From contig NC_068985.1 of assembly GCF_001194135.2 (NCBI RefSeq), positions 50,219,547 through 50,283,546 of the forward strand: 64,000 bases of DNA, written 5' to 3'. The DNA is from Octopus bimaculoides (lineage: Eukaryota). The position numbers were made by a program, and so were the translations under genes. Below are positions 25,605 to 38,769 of this stretch, in pieces (the first letter of the stretch is position 1; the number at the start of each line of letters is the position of its first letter). A model generated the notes under the pieces. It was given only the letters and a program-made list of their open reading frames with translations, was not told where the DNA came from and made no database searches.

Positions 25605-25649
25605 TGTATGTATGTATGTACTTACGTACGTATGTATAGATAAATATAT

Positions 25650-26560
25650 ACATACATACATGCCCAAGTCACCTCGTTGGATAATACCTACTCCATCAAC
25701 TCCGAATATACTTCCCTAACATCAAGGGAGATCTATACAGAGATGACAGTTTGCTAGTCACCAATGACATTAATAAATCCGCTTTAAAATGAATTAGAAA
25801 AGATCTACACAAATTTTTCTCTAGTCTCAACTTATCTATTACTTTTGAAAATTCCCACAAAACACTAACTTTTTAGACGTTACTTTAAGCATAGAAACCT
25901 CCCAATACTCCTCATATCACAACCTTAACCACTACCTTAAGTATCTAAACATTAATTCCAATCACCGCAAAGCCACCTTTGTTAATATAGTTAAGGGTAT
26001 CTCGATTCGTATATCTGACCTCACTTCACTGAAGAAATATTCATCAACCATGCCCCATATTACAACCAGTGGCTTCTTCCAATAAATAAAATACATCTAT
26101 AATACTAGGCTCAAGCAACATATATCTCAAGTCATATCACAACGACATGCTAACCATCATAATCACAACATACCACGCACCCACTATACTGGAACCCCGG
26201 AGAACCCAGATTAAGACAGTTTAGACCCACACGCACACATATAACACAAGGTCAAAAGCTAAAATAGCTTGCAATAATGGGCTATATAACACCCTCTAAT
26301 TTCTAAAAATATGAATTATACTACCCCTAAAGAACAACAAAAAAAGCGGTAGACGCTCTATTCTATGGTATATACCTCCCTTCTCACTAAATATTAAGAA
26401 CTTAGCCAAATCCTTTTTTTAATATACTAGACTCCAACTTCCCTCATCAAAACCTATCTTTAATAGATCTACCTTAAAGCTATCCTACCCCTTCCCGCCC
26501 AACTTTGAGTCTATTATAACAGCCTCTAATAGACGAAAAATTTCTTTCTATTATCAAAAT
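25650..26560 (+). mobile_element. Penelope-like RT pseudogene (Naiad-like)
   Basis: DLYRDDSLL, TFLDVTL, YLNINSNH, ILWYIPPFS..NRSTLKLSY; many frameshifts. Confidence 0.75.
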
Positions 26561-27202
26561 ACACACTGTAACAACTGTGCATACACGAGCGCCCAACATA
26601 TACATAGTTCCAATATCGAAAACCCAACCAATCCTATTAACACTAACCAGAATAATAATACCCCAACGTCCACCACAGTTACAGATAAGATAAATAACAA
26701 CGATAGAAATAGTAATAATAATAGTAATAATAATGATAATAACGTAGACCAATCTACCTCCATCTCTAACATATACATATATGTATATGTATATATATAT
26801 ATATATGTATATATGGGTACAGTACGTCATAGACAGTAAACAACATGAAATACGAAAACAAATGAGTTAAATACGCATACGAGAGAAAAATTGGAAAACA
26901 GGACAAGTAACACAAAGAACGATATATATATATTAGACTATTTTCCTTAGCATTGCACGGTGATCGCCATATGCTTTAAGCTTATATATAAATACCATTA
27001 TTAATATATNNNNNNNNNNNNNNNNNNNNNNNNNNNNNNNNNNNNNNNNNNNNNNNNNNNNNNNNNNNNNNNNNNNNNNNNNNNNNNNNNNNNNNNNNNN
27101 NNNNNNNNNNNNNNNNNNNNNNNNNNNNNNNNNNNNNNNNNNNNNNNNNNNNNNNNNNNNNNNNNNNNNNNNNNNNNNNNNTATGTATGTATGTGTGTGT
27201 GA

Positions 27203-27237
<35 letters not shown>

Positions 27238-29029
27238 CGGTCGAACGCCTTGATGCGCAACCAGAAATTGTCTATTAATTCTCTGGGTCAACATTCCTTT
27301 CCTTACCTACATTGCTTGCCTGCATTGTGTTATAATCGTATGATCCAAACAGGGATAAGCTTGATTGGTATTAACACGAGTTGTATATAATTAGAATTAG
27401 TTAAGAATTAGATAACGAACTTCTTTATTTGTTATCTTAAATTAAGATAACTTAAGATAAATTACTTAAATTTAGTACGTTATAACATATCAAATTGTAT
27501 TTATTTAATTACACACTGCGTTTTGGTATTTGAAACTTATGGAAATCTTTGTCAAACCCTCACAAGTACCAGATATCAAGAGTATAACTACGTATGAACC
27601 ATCTTGTCCTTGTATTTGAAGAGTGGTCAGTTGTAGCGATATTACATAAGATCACATAGTTTAGTTCAAGAATTCTTTTGATGTGTGGTATGCTCTGTAT
27701 TTCTGTCAGGCATTATATTTTTCACTAATCGGTGAACGCGTTCAAAATAGCCCGAAACAATATTTACAGCTTCCCGCCATTCTTAGAAAGAAGACGTTAC
27801 ATATCATATAGGTAAACCCTAGCTTATCAGCATTCGTTGACTTAGTAAACTAACTGTACATTAATTCTAACTCATAATTCCTCACAAAGAATGTGAGAAT
27901 TAAGATGCACATTAAAATTACTATCTACTCATATTTGCTGATAACCTTTTGGAGATGAAGAACATCTGTTGAAGAAATTTGAACTTTGTATTAATATCTG
28001 CTTTAGATTTAAATTCCATTATCGTTTTTGTTTGTTTTTACGAATGTATTCTAAGCATTTTAGGAACTTCTCTTCTGAATAATAAATTACACTACAGATC
28101 AATGCTTCCAAAAGTGGGTACTTCTACCATACATGATGGAAATGTTGTTAGTGCTATTTAGCCCCACATTAGCTCTAGTCAATCAAGACCATTATCAAAG
28201 GAATTCCAGTCGTGGCTATCCAGTTATTATTTTTTCCCGATATGGATGTATCATTAACTACTGTGGTTTTCCTTCATTAAGACGATAGGTTGAGACGAAA
28301 TCGCACGACAGCAGAGCAGCTCCTTCGGGTTGGGATGTTGGTGAAAACACTCTCCAGGGGCGGGATGAGTTTCTTTCTGACCTCTTTAAAGTTTTCTGTG
28401 TTGTTATCGTTGTTTAGCTACAGTTCAGCTTTGATTAAACAGACTCGTGATGAAAGACGTTCCAACCGTAACAATCTCGTCCTTATATTCAGAAATAATA
28501 CTTGGAGATCTAAGATCACGTTATCCAATGTGTGATTAATAGGAGATTTAGCTGCAATTTCTAGCAGATTGAGTGACAACAAAGAAGCTGTCTCTATGTT
28601 CCTGAACTATTGATCGATGGTTGGACTCCAGTGTGATCACAAACAACCGGCTGATACCAGTAAAAATTCTCATTTACAGTTTCTCTGCAATTTTATAGAA
28701 ATTCGTATTATGTGTTGCCATTTGTTCTGATACTTTAAAAGATAACAAATTTAATTTGTAACTGCATAAGTAGGAATTGAAAGACAGCAATGAAATTGGC
28801 AGGATTTGAACTCAGAATATAAAGAAACGGAACACATACCGCAAAGCATTTTACCGATGCTTTAACGATTCTGCCTATCCACCACCACTCTTTCTCTTTC
28901 GAAATTTTAATCAATTCGTATGCGCACTAGCTCATTTTCCCTTCACATCCAGACTCTGGTCCCGCATATATTTTCTGGAGAACACTTCTACATTATTCAA
29001 CAAATTCTATACTAATTATAACCCTCTCA

Positions 29030-29473
29030 ACTATAGGCACACGGCCTGAAATTTTGGAGAGGGAAGATTGTCGATTATATCGACCCCAGTGCTCAACTGA
29101 TACTCATTTCATCGACCTTGAAGGGATAAAAGGCAAAGTCGACCCCGATAGTATTTGAACTCCGTAAAGACAGACGAAATACCGCTAAGCATTTTGTCCA
29201 GCGCGGTAACGATTCTGCCAGCTCACCACCTTTTTCCACACTAATTATAATGACGCAATCATCTTTTCTACTCAAGGCACAAGGCCCGAAATTTTGGGGG
29301 AGGGGCCAGCCAATTAGATCGACCCCAGTACGCAACTCGTACTTAATTTATCGACCCTGAAAGGATGAAAGGCAAAGTCGACCACGGAGGAATTTGAACT
29401 CAGAAAGTAAAGTCAGACGAAATATCGCTAAGCATTTCGCCCGGCGTGCTAACGTTTCTGCCAGCTCGCTGCC
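29030..29473 (-). mobile_element. Two adjacent SINE family A copies (29030-29230 and 29262-29473)
   Basis: Second copy has TSD TTATAATGAC(G/C)CAAT at 29245-29259 and 29474-29488. Confidence 0.88.
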
Positions 29474-32400
29474 TTATAATGACCCAATGATGCCATTATT
29501 TAAACATGTGATGATTATGATACTATTATGATATGAAAAGATATTCAAGTTAATGTTTATAATACGAAAGGATATCGAGGTTAATAATTATAATATAAAA
29601 GAATACGAAGGCTTATCTTATTGGCGGAGGCATAGCTGTGTGGTTAAAGAATTCGTTTCACAACGACACATCACTTTAGGTAAGTATTTTCTTCCATAAC
29701 TTCAGGCTGAGCAAAGCTTTGTGAATAAAATTTGTTAGATAATTACGACTGCACTCTCCCTACAACAAAGAGTTCCTTGATAAGAACTAAAACAACCCCC
29801 ATTTGTAGCCTTTTAGATGAAGAGTTTACTAGAATTTCAAATAAATATACACTGAAGCAGAGAGTCGGATTATTGAATCGATGGGCTATCAGACAACTAA
29901 TCAAGATATCGTGGTTCGCATAACCACTTATCGGTACTACGTTGCGTTCAAGCTAAATGTCTCTCAAATGTTCCAGCTCTATCTGTAAAAACCTGACCAC
30001 AAAAGACGAGCTTTTTCTGCTGTTACCAGTACTTAAATGATTCGATAGCTTGTGGCGCGGTGTTGTATTTTGATCGCAGAAGATGAGGATTAGTATTTTC
30101 TGATTTTATTATCATATAAACCGGAGATAAGCATTGCCCTATGAACCGAAGATCTTGAAAAGCCAACCATGCATTTAAATGGATTTCTGTTACTTTCTCG
30201 AATCCCATAGATCTTTACGGCATCTAGCTAAGATGTTGATACTAATACAGTGTTAAAGGCAATACATTGGCTGAGACGTTAGAGCGTCAAATAAAATGCA
30301 CGCTGTATTTGCTTAATGTTGTTTACGTTCTCCGTTTCTCAATGCAAACCCGACCAAGTCAACTTTGCCTTTTGTTTGTTTCTGGTGGTAGGAGTCCGTT
30401 GAAATAAATACGAGTCAAGTACAGAGGTCGATATAATTGATTGCTCTTTCTCCCAAGTTTGATACCATATTACATGTCTTTGTTAAAATCAATATTAAAG
30501 AGAAGACTCGCAGTATGGATAATAGCAGAATCGGTAGATCGCCGGACATATTGCTTCTTCGTATTTAGCTATTGCCCTTCGCCGAATTGACTTCGAATTT
30601 GCTTTTCATTTCTGCAAGCATGTGTGCGCGTGCGCGTGCATGTGCGCGCGTGCATGCACGTGTGTGAGAAATTTAATCGCTTGTACCATTGTGTGTCTAT
30701 GTTAGAAGTAGATATAATAGTGCTTCCTTAAGCGTGTAGCAGTTACTTTTATCTACTGAATCCATTTTGAAGCTACTAGAATTAAGTAGATAGACATTTT
30801 CTGGTCGCATCTCCTGTCAGAAGCTTTCTGTAAATTTTGCTAAAAATAATTTCACTCTTTTGAATGTATTTCTAGTCTCACAAATTACAATCCCAAATTC
30901 AGAAACCCTTGCTTGGCTGATTCATGAAATAATGGAGAAATTTGATACAGAAAAAGTTACTTAGCGGTGACAATGAAGAGTGTCGAATAATCAAGTGACT
31001 GAAGAGGTCAGTAGTTCCTATTCGTCTCACGTCCCGTACAAGGCCAAAGACACGAAAGTTTCCACCATTCAGTCACCCACATCTAAATACAATGGCATAA
31101 TTCAGTGCAAACGGCGAATTGACAGAGCCGTTGGAACGTTGGACTAAATGTCCTGTGAATATTTGATCTGGTGATCTGCGTTCTGAGTTCAAATACTACC
31201 GCAGCCAACTTTGTCTTTCATCTTTTCGGGACGATTAAGTAAAATATAAGTCCATGGCTGTAGATTGGGGAGGGGGTAATTATTACAACGCGGGGTGGGA
31301 CGCTGTGAGATATCCATTCCGGTTATGTACGCCCAGAGTTCAAAATTCCACATAGAGAAACCATTATAGTGACTATTTTCGAGAGGAGCGATAGTCCCAC
31401 ACTCGGCGAAGGCATCGCACTCAAGTTTACTTCTTGAGTAGAGACAAGTCAAAGAGCACAGAGTACTCAATGCGCAACGATGCATAATGATGATGATGAT
31501 GATGATGAGCAATGCCGAATGTTTGTTGACTTGCAGCGAAAACCTAGGCTGGACTCTTCAGGTAGGAAGGTCATTACAATGGGCTACTGTCTTATTAAAA
31601 GGTGCTTTTTGTGTATTGTCTCCTTAACATTAGTGAAACCGGAAAGAAATACTCACCCAGTGAATCACTGATGTTTGAGAAATGACAAATTTAAACTAAA
31701 TATGAGAACTGCAAAGCGTCGATAGTGAGACACAAACTTCAAACCTTTGTCTGATAGCCATATGCTAACTCTTATCTCAACTTGTTGACTGCAGCATAAA
31801 CTGAATCAGAGTTTAGAGAGATGGTAAGCTGAAAATAAATTTTAATTACTTGAAATTGCAATCATGATGAGATAAAAACGACTCATTAGCGTTAGTGAAA
31901 AATTAGTCCTCTGTAGAGATAAGAGACAAAACTCCTAACAATTCAATCGAAAATTATTTTTGATAGAGACATACACGGAGAGAGGAGAGTGAGTCTGACC
32001 TTTGGCATCCATAGTGGAAATTTTAGGCTTCAAATTTTAGGTTTCAAGCTTATTGAACTTCCTTAGTGAAGCGTAGTCCACTGCATCCCATCCACATTTC
32101 TAAATGACTTTCATCACAATCTCTGATATGTAAAATCACTCGCAAATCATTTTGCACCCTATTGCATAATGTAGTCGTTGGTACACGATGTTTGAAAAAA
32201 AAAATGGATGGGATGGTTACGTCACAAATCCTTTTAATCATAGATGAGTTCAATGAAGGTTGAGATAGGATTAAAAATTAAGGACAATTATGATGCCATC
32301 ATTAAAGAAACTTAGTTCCAAATCCGTGTTACTGGTCTGTGTAGTACATCCAGGAAGACAAAGAACAAAATACATTATATTCATGTTGATATTGGCAATG

Positions 32401-32502
32401 ACATTTTATACTCAATTTACTTCTCGAACTTTTATTGAAAAGTGGTGATCGCCGTTAACATGAAAACTTAGATGCCAATAGATACATTGAAGTAACATAA
32501 TA

Positions 32503-32544
<42 letters not shown>

Positions 32545-33663
32545 TGTAATATCCAGGGATCGAGGTGTAGGAAGAAAGTTAGCTTCAAACAAAATATTTA
32601 AAAAAAAACAATTTTCAGGGACAATAGTGGTCTATTGAGACGGAAGGTTGTGGATTTTTTTTCATGTCGAAGAATGATAAGCTGAAAAAAAATTCTTTTT
32701 GTATTCCGCGATAGGTGACCAGGTTTGCTGGGTGTGTGAATAAGAATACAAAAGTTACGGAATGGAATAGGAAAGATCCAGGTTACATATGTTTCATAGC
32801 GAGCGGAACCTCAGAAGTGGTAAAATCCAAGTGAGGTGTATACCACCGGCAACACTTCAGGCAAAGGATACCTTGATTAGATTAAAGGTTACGTTGTCGC
32901 AAGGTGGTACATGTCGACGCATGGAAGATTCAATCAGAATGATCGTTTTCCATAAATTTTCAGGTTTCTGAATGTAAGCATATTTACATATTGCACTGGA
33001 AAAATTCTATACAATAGGAAAACATGAACATTTCAGAAACATTCAGACATCACATGCTTTTGTATGCCAGCATCTATGAAAAGCTCACGCATATATACAT
33101 ATTAGCAACAATTATAACGATATAGAATATGGAGACTGGTACATCCTCAAAATTTATTTCCTTTCATTTTATAATTTCATACAAGATATTTTTAATATGT
33201 ACATATACATATACGCGCGCGCGTGTGTATTAGAAACTTTATTCATATCAGCGAGAATAGTATAATGCTGACGCCATAAGAATTTAGAAACTTAGAAACT
33301 TAGAACATGGAATAATATTCAAAATAATTCGTGTTTAGAGCGCTAACTCAAAGCAGATAAAACTATAAATAAGCACCTGTAAATATTGGCTTTAAAAGCG
33401 TTTGAATAGAAAATTGAAAGGTTTTTTTTTTATTCCATTACTTACACGCTGTTATTTATAGGTTTATCTGCTTCGGGTTTCACCGTTCCAAAAAAGAATT
33501 ATTTCATGTTTTATCGAGGATTTTAAATTCACATGACGTAAGCAATATATATATATAGTAAAAAAAAAAACAAAAAAACAAAGAACAAACACAAAAAAAG
33601 CAACAACGCGAGGACGTGGTACATGTAAAGTATTAACAGACGCTCAGGGAAGGAAAGAAAGAT

Positions 33664-33701
33664 GGTTTAACATTTCGAGCAAAGCTCTTCTTAAGAAACA
33701 G
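33664..33701 (-). ncRNA. Decayed minimal hammerhead in a PLE-like fragment
   Basis: GUUU-CUUAAGA-A-GAG(CUUUG)CUC-GAA-AUGU-U-AAAC; G5 changed to U. Confidence 0.5.
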
Positions 33702-33832
33702 AAAAAAGTTCAATAGAAACGGAAGACGGAGGGCAAAAAATCGCCAACGATTCACATGTGGTTACATTTTGAAACCATTTTGAATATATATTTATTTCCT
33801 TTTATTTTAAAATTTCATACAGTATATTTTTA

Positions 33833-33920
<88 letters not shown>

Positions 33921-34392
33921 GTATGTATGTATATGTACATATTAAAAATATACTGGATGGAATTGTAAAATGAAAGGAAATAAATTTTGAGGATGTACCA
34001 GTCTCCATATTCTATATCGTTATAATTGTTGCTAATATGTATATATGTGTGAGCTTTTCATAGATGAATATTTCTGAAATGTTCATGTTTTTCCTATTGT
34101 ATAGAATTTTTCCAGTGCGATATGTAAATATGTTTACATTCGGAAACCTGGAAATTTATGGAAACAATTCGCATGCTTGTGAAGGAAAGTGTACTTTGTG
34201 TGTAAGAACGTGTGTGTGTGTGTGTGAACGTGTGTGTGTGTGTGAACGTGCGTGTGTGCGTGCGTGCGCGCGTGTGTTTGATAGTGTTCATCAAAATTAA
34301 TTGTATACATGTTTGATTCCCGATTTTCTTCCCCAAATTTGTAGCCTTGTACGTATGTTAATATTCATTTTGTAATATACAAAGAATTTGAC

Positions 34393-34640
34393 TAGCGGTT
34401 CCCAACCGGAGTCCACATGGCCCTTGGGAGGCCATGTAAGATTTTGTTGTTAAAATTTATCTGCAATAAATTGGCTATACATCTGAAATATATAAAATAT
34501 TTTATATAACTTCTAATAATATTTTATTCTAGAAATATAAAAGGGTTTTGATTTTTAAAAAATCGAATGGCTAAGAGGGTCCAACGGAGTAAAATGGGAT
34601 TGAGCAAAATAGGATTGAATAAAATGGTTGAGAAACGCTG
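34393..34640. mobile_element. hAT-type MITE
   Basis: Termini TAGCGGTTCCCAACC and GGTTGAGAAACGCTG; degenerate 8-bp TSD AATTTGAC/ATTTAGAC. Confidence 0.65.
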
Positions 34641-34915
34641 ATTTAGACTCCGAATTTAATACTACTCTTTAAACCCAGAGCCACCAGATCAAATAAATTT
34701 ATGGTTATTAATGTCCAAACAGTGATGACCCTCTTTTATTTTAGATAGTGTATTAATAGCAACATTAGCTAACGTCTCGTTAAAATAAAAATTGGTTAGT
34801 CGTGTGTGATTTGGGAATATTTAGTGGTAATATCTAACAGGTCGAGAGACCACGTAGTGATAAGATAAATAGAAAAATATATGTTTATGACATTCAGTAT
34901 GACTTCACTCTAGAA

Positions 34916-35152
34916 CAGTGGTTCTCAATCGGGGCTCATAGACCTTGGGGTGGGGGTGGGTCCCATATAAGATGTTGTTATTAAAATGTATGTGCAATAA
35001 ACTGGTTAAATTTTCGACAATGCATAACATATTTTAATTTTTTAATTATTAAATTCCTAATAATATTTAATTATAAACATTGTACAGCTATGGGGTCCAT
35101 CTGTATGAATAAGGATCAAAGGTGTCTATTGGCAAAAAATGTTGAGTATCAC
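34916..35152. mobile_element. Second copy of the same hAT-type MITE family
   Basis: CAGTGGTTCTCAATC start; internal similarity to 34393-34640; right end eroded. Confidence 0.6.
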
Positions 35153-35432
35153 AAATTATGGCTTATTTATTGTAACGATCATCACCCTGTCTACCTTGTC
35201 GACCTTGACCTGTTCATCTTTTGCTTGACATTTTAGCGGTATTTTCCATCTAACTGCTGTCTCTGAAATACCGACATCAATACAGTGTAACCTTTCTAGA
35301 CTAATCGCAGACTAACGTCCAGTAATAAACATTGACTCTCTTCAATCGAACTCACATTCAGACCCCAATGGTCGAAGACTAGCCTCGCGTTTGAAACTCA
35401 GGGTACCAAAGATTCTGAATCAAACTATTTTG

Positions 35433-35476
<44 letters not shown>

Positions 35477-35836
35477 GTCTATCTATCTTCATATATATAT
35501 ATCTGTCTATATACATATATATATATAATCTGTGAATACTTTCTTCAGAATAAATATACATGCATGTTTTTGTGCATCTATCTATTTATCAATCTATAAT
35601 ATACATAATATATTTGAGTGTGTATACTGACATTAGTATATATGAGTAATAAATAAAACAAACTTTAACTGATACATTTTCTTTTTATATGAAATATACA
35701 TTTTTTAAATGTGCGTTTATAAGTATAAAAGTCGTCAATATCTGAATATTCATAAGTTACTGAGGATATAATATTGATCAAAATTGATATAGCAACGTAG
35801 TTCCCAATATCGTTGCAGCGTTTATACAGTTGACCT

Positions 35837-35883
<47 letters not shown>

Positions 35884-36129
35884 GTTGTTGTTGTTATTAT
35901 CACCACCAATATTATCATCTTCACTAATTAGTTTTTGTTCGAATGATAGTGTTCATTTACTACAAATACTGCTTGAAATAATGTCATTAAAAATAAACAG
36001 TACTCGATATTATAAATAGAAAACAACATGGCTGTAGAATATCAGTAAAATGTACATTTCCTGAGTTTATAGTGATTGGTTAATTGCTGTAACATTATTA
36101 GGATTATTAAGTTAAGTGATGATGTATTG

Positions 36130-36830
36130 AATGTCGTACGCAAACAATTCTTCACTGATTTCTCTCTTTGTTGGAGCAAGTAAACAGAAATCTAGTGGCG
36201 AATATAAGCGACCCTCAAGGTTAACGGGAGATAATTTCAAGAAATTAAGATTTAATTTCTTAAAGTTATTTTGAATGCTTAGACGGAAAGTCTGATTTCT
36301 GTTTATTGGCAAGGGACGACTACGGAGATGTTTCGGTCTATTAGGCCTCATCAGCGTAGTCTTGTCTACTGATCAGCTGATATTGTTTTTTTTTTCTGGT
36401 CAGTATAATCTGTATATGCTTAATTAAGATGGATTTCTCTCAAAGAGTCGATTGGTTAGGTTTGAAGGGATATATGTAGATTGGGGAAAAGGGAAGCATT
36501 TGTCAGGTTTAAAGATACCATGGGAGACTGGGAGAAGCTTGATTGGTCAAGATCATAAAGAAACAAGGACGAAAGCGAGAAAAGTATTGGTTGGTAAAGA
36601 GAGCGATAGATTGCTCTAGTTTATACGGACTTAGGGATATTGAGAGAGGTGTAATGATTTGTTAGGTTCACAGACACAAATCGGTTAAGTTTGCAGATAC
36701 AGATTGGGAAACGGGGCATTGATTGATCAAATTTATAAAGATGTAGGAAGAGTGAAACAGAAACAATGTTTGGTTAGGATTAAAGAGATAATGGTGGATT
36801 GGAAGTTGTATATTTAGTTGGTCATTTTAA
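36130..36830 (-). mobile_element. Penelope-like 3' relic (possible GIY-YIG remnant plus pLTR)
   Basis: Weak LYKFD.. and EKSILIKHI fragments upstream of a hammerhead and AATAAA, the usual PLE 3' order. Confidence 0.5.
36318..36361 (-). ncRNA. Minimal type-I hammerhead downstream of noggin-like
   Basis: GACUACG-CUGAUGA-GGCCU(AAU)AGACC-GAA-ACAUCU-C-CGUAGUC; perfect 7-bp stem I, core intact, one mismatch each in stems II and III. Confidence 0.8.
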
Positions 36831-36939
36831 ACATCAGTGATGGAAATGATGCACTATCATATAGACAGCTGAAACTAGATCGTAGATTTAATTAGAAGAG
36901 AACTTGCTGCTCTGGCACGTCATTTCCCACAAATAATGA

Positions 36940-36945
36940 TTTATT
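36940..36945 (-). terminator. Candidate polyadenylation signal of noggin-like
   Basis: First AATAAA I found on the minus strand after the stop (about 305 nt downstream); motif only. Confidence 0.35.
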
Positions 36946-37249
36946 TGTGAACCGAAAAGTCACATACTTATAGAGGAAAAGGACATGTTGTGCAATAACG
37001 TTCATGCTTTTCTCAAAGTTATAACGGCATATGTGAAGTGAAAGAGTTTCAAAATCAGTTTGCGGAGATGACTCACCACGGGCGATCGAATAATATTTCG
37101 AATAGTGATAATAAAAAACAATAAATTAAGCGAAGGGAAATATTTAAAGGATTTAGACAGAAAAAGCAAAATATTTCTGCCAGTCAGGAGTAGTTCAGTT
37201 ATCAATTTATAAAGTATACTAAGCGTCATCGCTTTTATATGCCGTGTCA

Positions 37250-38002
37250 TCAGCACGTACAGAAGCATTCATCAATAATTGGATAGGGAATTTTTTCCCA
37301 GCGACACCGTCGTCTAAGACTTTTCCGTCGATTAATTCCGTTCCTTACCGAACCCAACTTAAGACTAGTGCTCTTAGATCTATTCGACACCTTATTACCG
37401 GGTCGATCTTTACAGTTCCATCTTAGCAGATGGATAATTTTACTTTTTGCAGACACGCAACGCATGCCAGGTGGCCACGAACACTGTCCATTGTCGGTGC
37501 AACTTCCCTGCCGTATCCATGGCGGCCAAAAAAATTCTCCCACGTTAACCCAGGAATACTGAACTGGACATGAAGATTTTTTTACAAGCCACATTTTAAT
37601 AGCAGCGATAATTTGTGTATCAGGAGCCATTGCGGTGTTGTTATCATAGGTTAAATTAATCTTTAGGTCTTTCACTGCATCTTGCATCATGCTGTCAATT
37701 GGATAGTCGACGTATGTCAAAGATCCATTTTTGTTCTTTGGTTTATTAATAGACATCACATTGGGATTGAAATCCTTTCCCAAAATTTGTAAAAGTTTTT
37801 TCTTTCTTCGTCTCCTTGGTTTTGTTGTTAGTATTCCATGTGAGTTGTGCTTGAATTGGGAATTAGGATTATGTTTAAAGATCCTTTCAATCCCATAATC
37901 CGAAATGGCAATTGACTTGGGATAGAAACTGGTGGCAAAAAGTTCATTTAGCATGAAGGTGTTGAAAATGTACCATAACATTGCTAGGCTTCCACTTTTC
38001 AT
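37250..38002 (-). CDS. noggin-like: Noggin-like secreted cystine-knot protein (Noggin/Noggin-like/Trunk family), 250 aa, single coding exon
   Basis: LLQILGKDFNPNVMS resembles Noggin LRSLLGGHYDPGFMA; WLVKKSSCPVQYSW..G..FWP.WIRQGSC...CSWPPGMRC...LLRWNC and CRWEKIPYPIIDECFCTC give the 9-Cys Noggin pattern; hydrophobic N-terminus. First ATG is 38002 (the track starts at a GTG at 38008); in-frame TAA 5 codons upstream; TGA TGA tandem stop. Confidence 0.93.
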   Translation of the reverse strand: MKSGSLAMLWYIFNTFMLNELFATSFYPKSIAISDYGIERIFKHNPNSQFKHNSHGILTTKPRRRRKKKLLQILGKDFNPNVMSINKPKNKNGSLTYVDYPIDSMMQDAVKDLKINLTYDNNTAMAPDTQIIAAIKMWLVKKSSCPVQYSWVNVGEFFWPPWIRQGSCTDNGQCSWPPGMRCVSAKSKIIHLLRWNCKDRPGNKVSNRSKSTSLKLGSVRNGINRRKSLRRRCRWEKIPYPIIDECFCTC

Positions 38003-38050
38003 CTTCACAGCAATTTATTGAAACCTGCCAAAGAGAAAGAAAAGAAATCA
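38003..38050 (-). promoter_or_regulatory. 3' splice site and 22-nt 5'UTR part of the noggin-like coding exon
   Basis: Minus strand TTTCTTTTCTTTCTCTTTGGCAG|GTTTCAATAAATTGCTGTGAAG-ATG; exon starts at 38024. Confidence 0.8.
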
Positions 38051-38446
38051 TGAACACTAGAATATTTTATGAAATAAACAAACAATGGTGTTCTAGTTAG
38101 GGCTAAAACTCTAAAGCTATAAGAAGACAACTTTAATTTGTAGTTGTAAGAATGACTGAGGAGATGTATTGTCAAATGCAATATATCCTAGTCGCGATCA
38201 TCCCAGCTATTCACCCAGTTTTCAGCACCCTGAACTTCATTATCCAAAATGTTCATTTGTAAGACCGTAAAGTATAATCTGCTTGTTCTACTAGATCGAT
38301 CGATCACTTATAGGCACTTATAATGCGGGTCATTCGGAGGCGTTGGCAAAAAACATCTGCCCAAAATATCAGTGACGGCGAAGCGAACATCACGATAATT
38401 CAACGAAGCTAAGCTGCATCCATATAAACACTTGTTTACATGCATG

Positions 38447-38495
<49 letters not shown>

Positions 38496-38604
38496 CACGT
38501 AAGTATATTTGCATATGCATATACATGCATCCTATATGTGCATGAACAATCAACAAATTTATATATATATACTTTATTAAAAAGCAGTAAAAATATCGCA
38601 AACA

Positions 38605-38644
38605 CTGTTACTCAGAGTTTCACGTTCCCGTTCGTCGGACAGTT
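38605..38644 (-). ncRNA. Minimal hammerhead with a U4C change
   Basis: ACUGU-CCGACGA-ACG(GGAA)CGU-GAA-ACUCUGAGU-A-ACAGU; all three stems perfect. Confidence 0.7.
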
Positions 38645-38769
38645 TTGTTTAGAATGGATCAAGATAAAGTTATCTGCAGAAATACAATGACATTGATTGA
38701 TACACATTTGAAAATGGTTTCGTTTCATTGCTTCTTTTAACTAACGGTCTTTTCAATAACCAGTTGCAT

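Noticed and set aside
30023-30208. 61-aa minus-strand ORF (MGFEKVTEIHLNAWL..) that looks protein-like
   Set aside because: No family recognised and no splice support; possibly an old TE fragment. A tblastx search would decide.
30995-31078. CTGAAGA...GAAA with flanking GTGACTG/CAGTCAC complementarity
   Set aside because: The pairing includes the core itself and no stem II closes onto GAAA.
37244-37562. Plus-strand ORFs antisense to noggin-like
   Set aside because: Short shadows of the real CDS.
38008-38008. Track start for the noggin-like ORF (MKMKS..)
   Set aside because: It is a GTG; the first ATG is at 38002.
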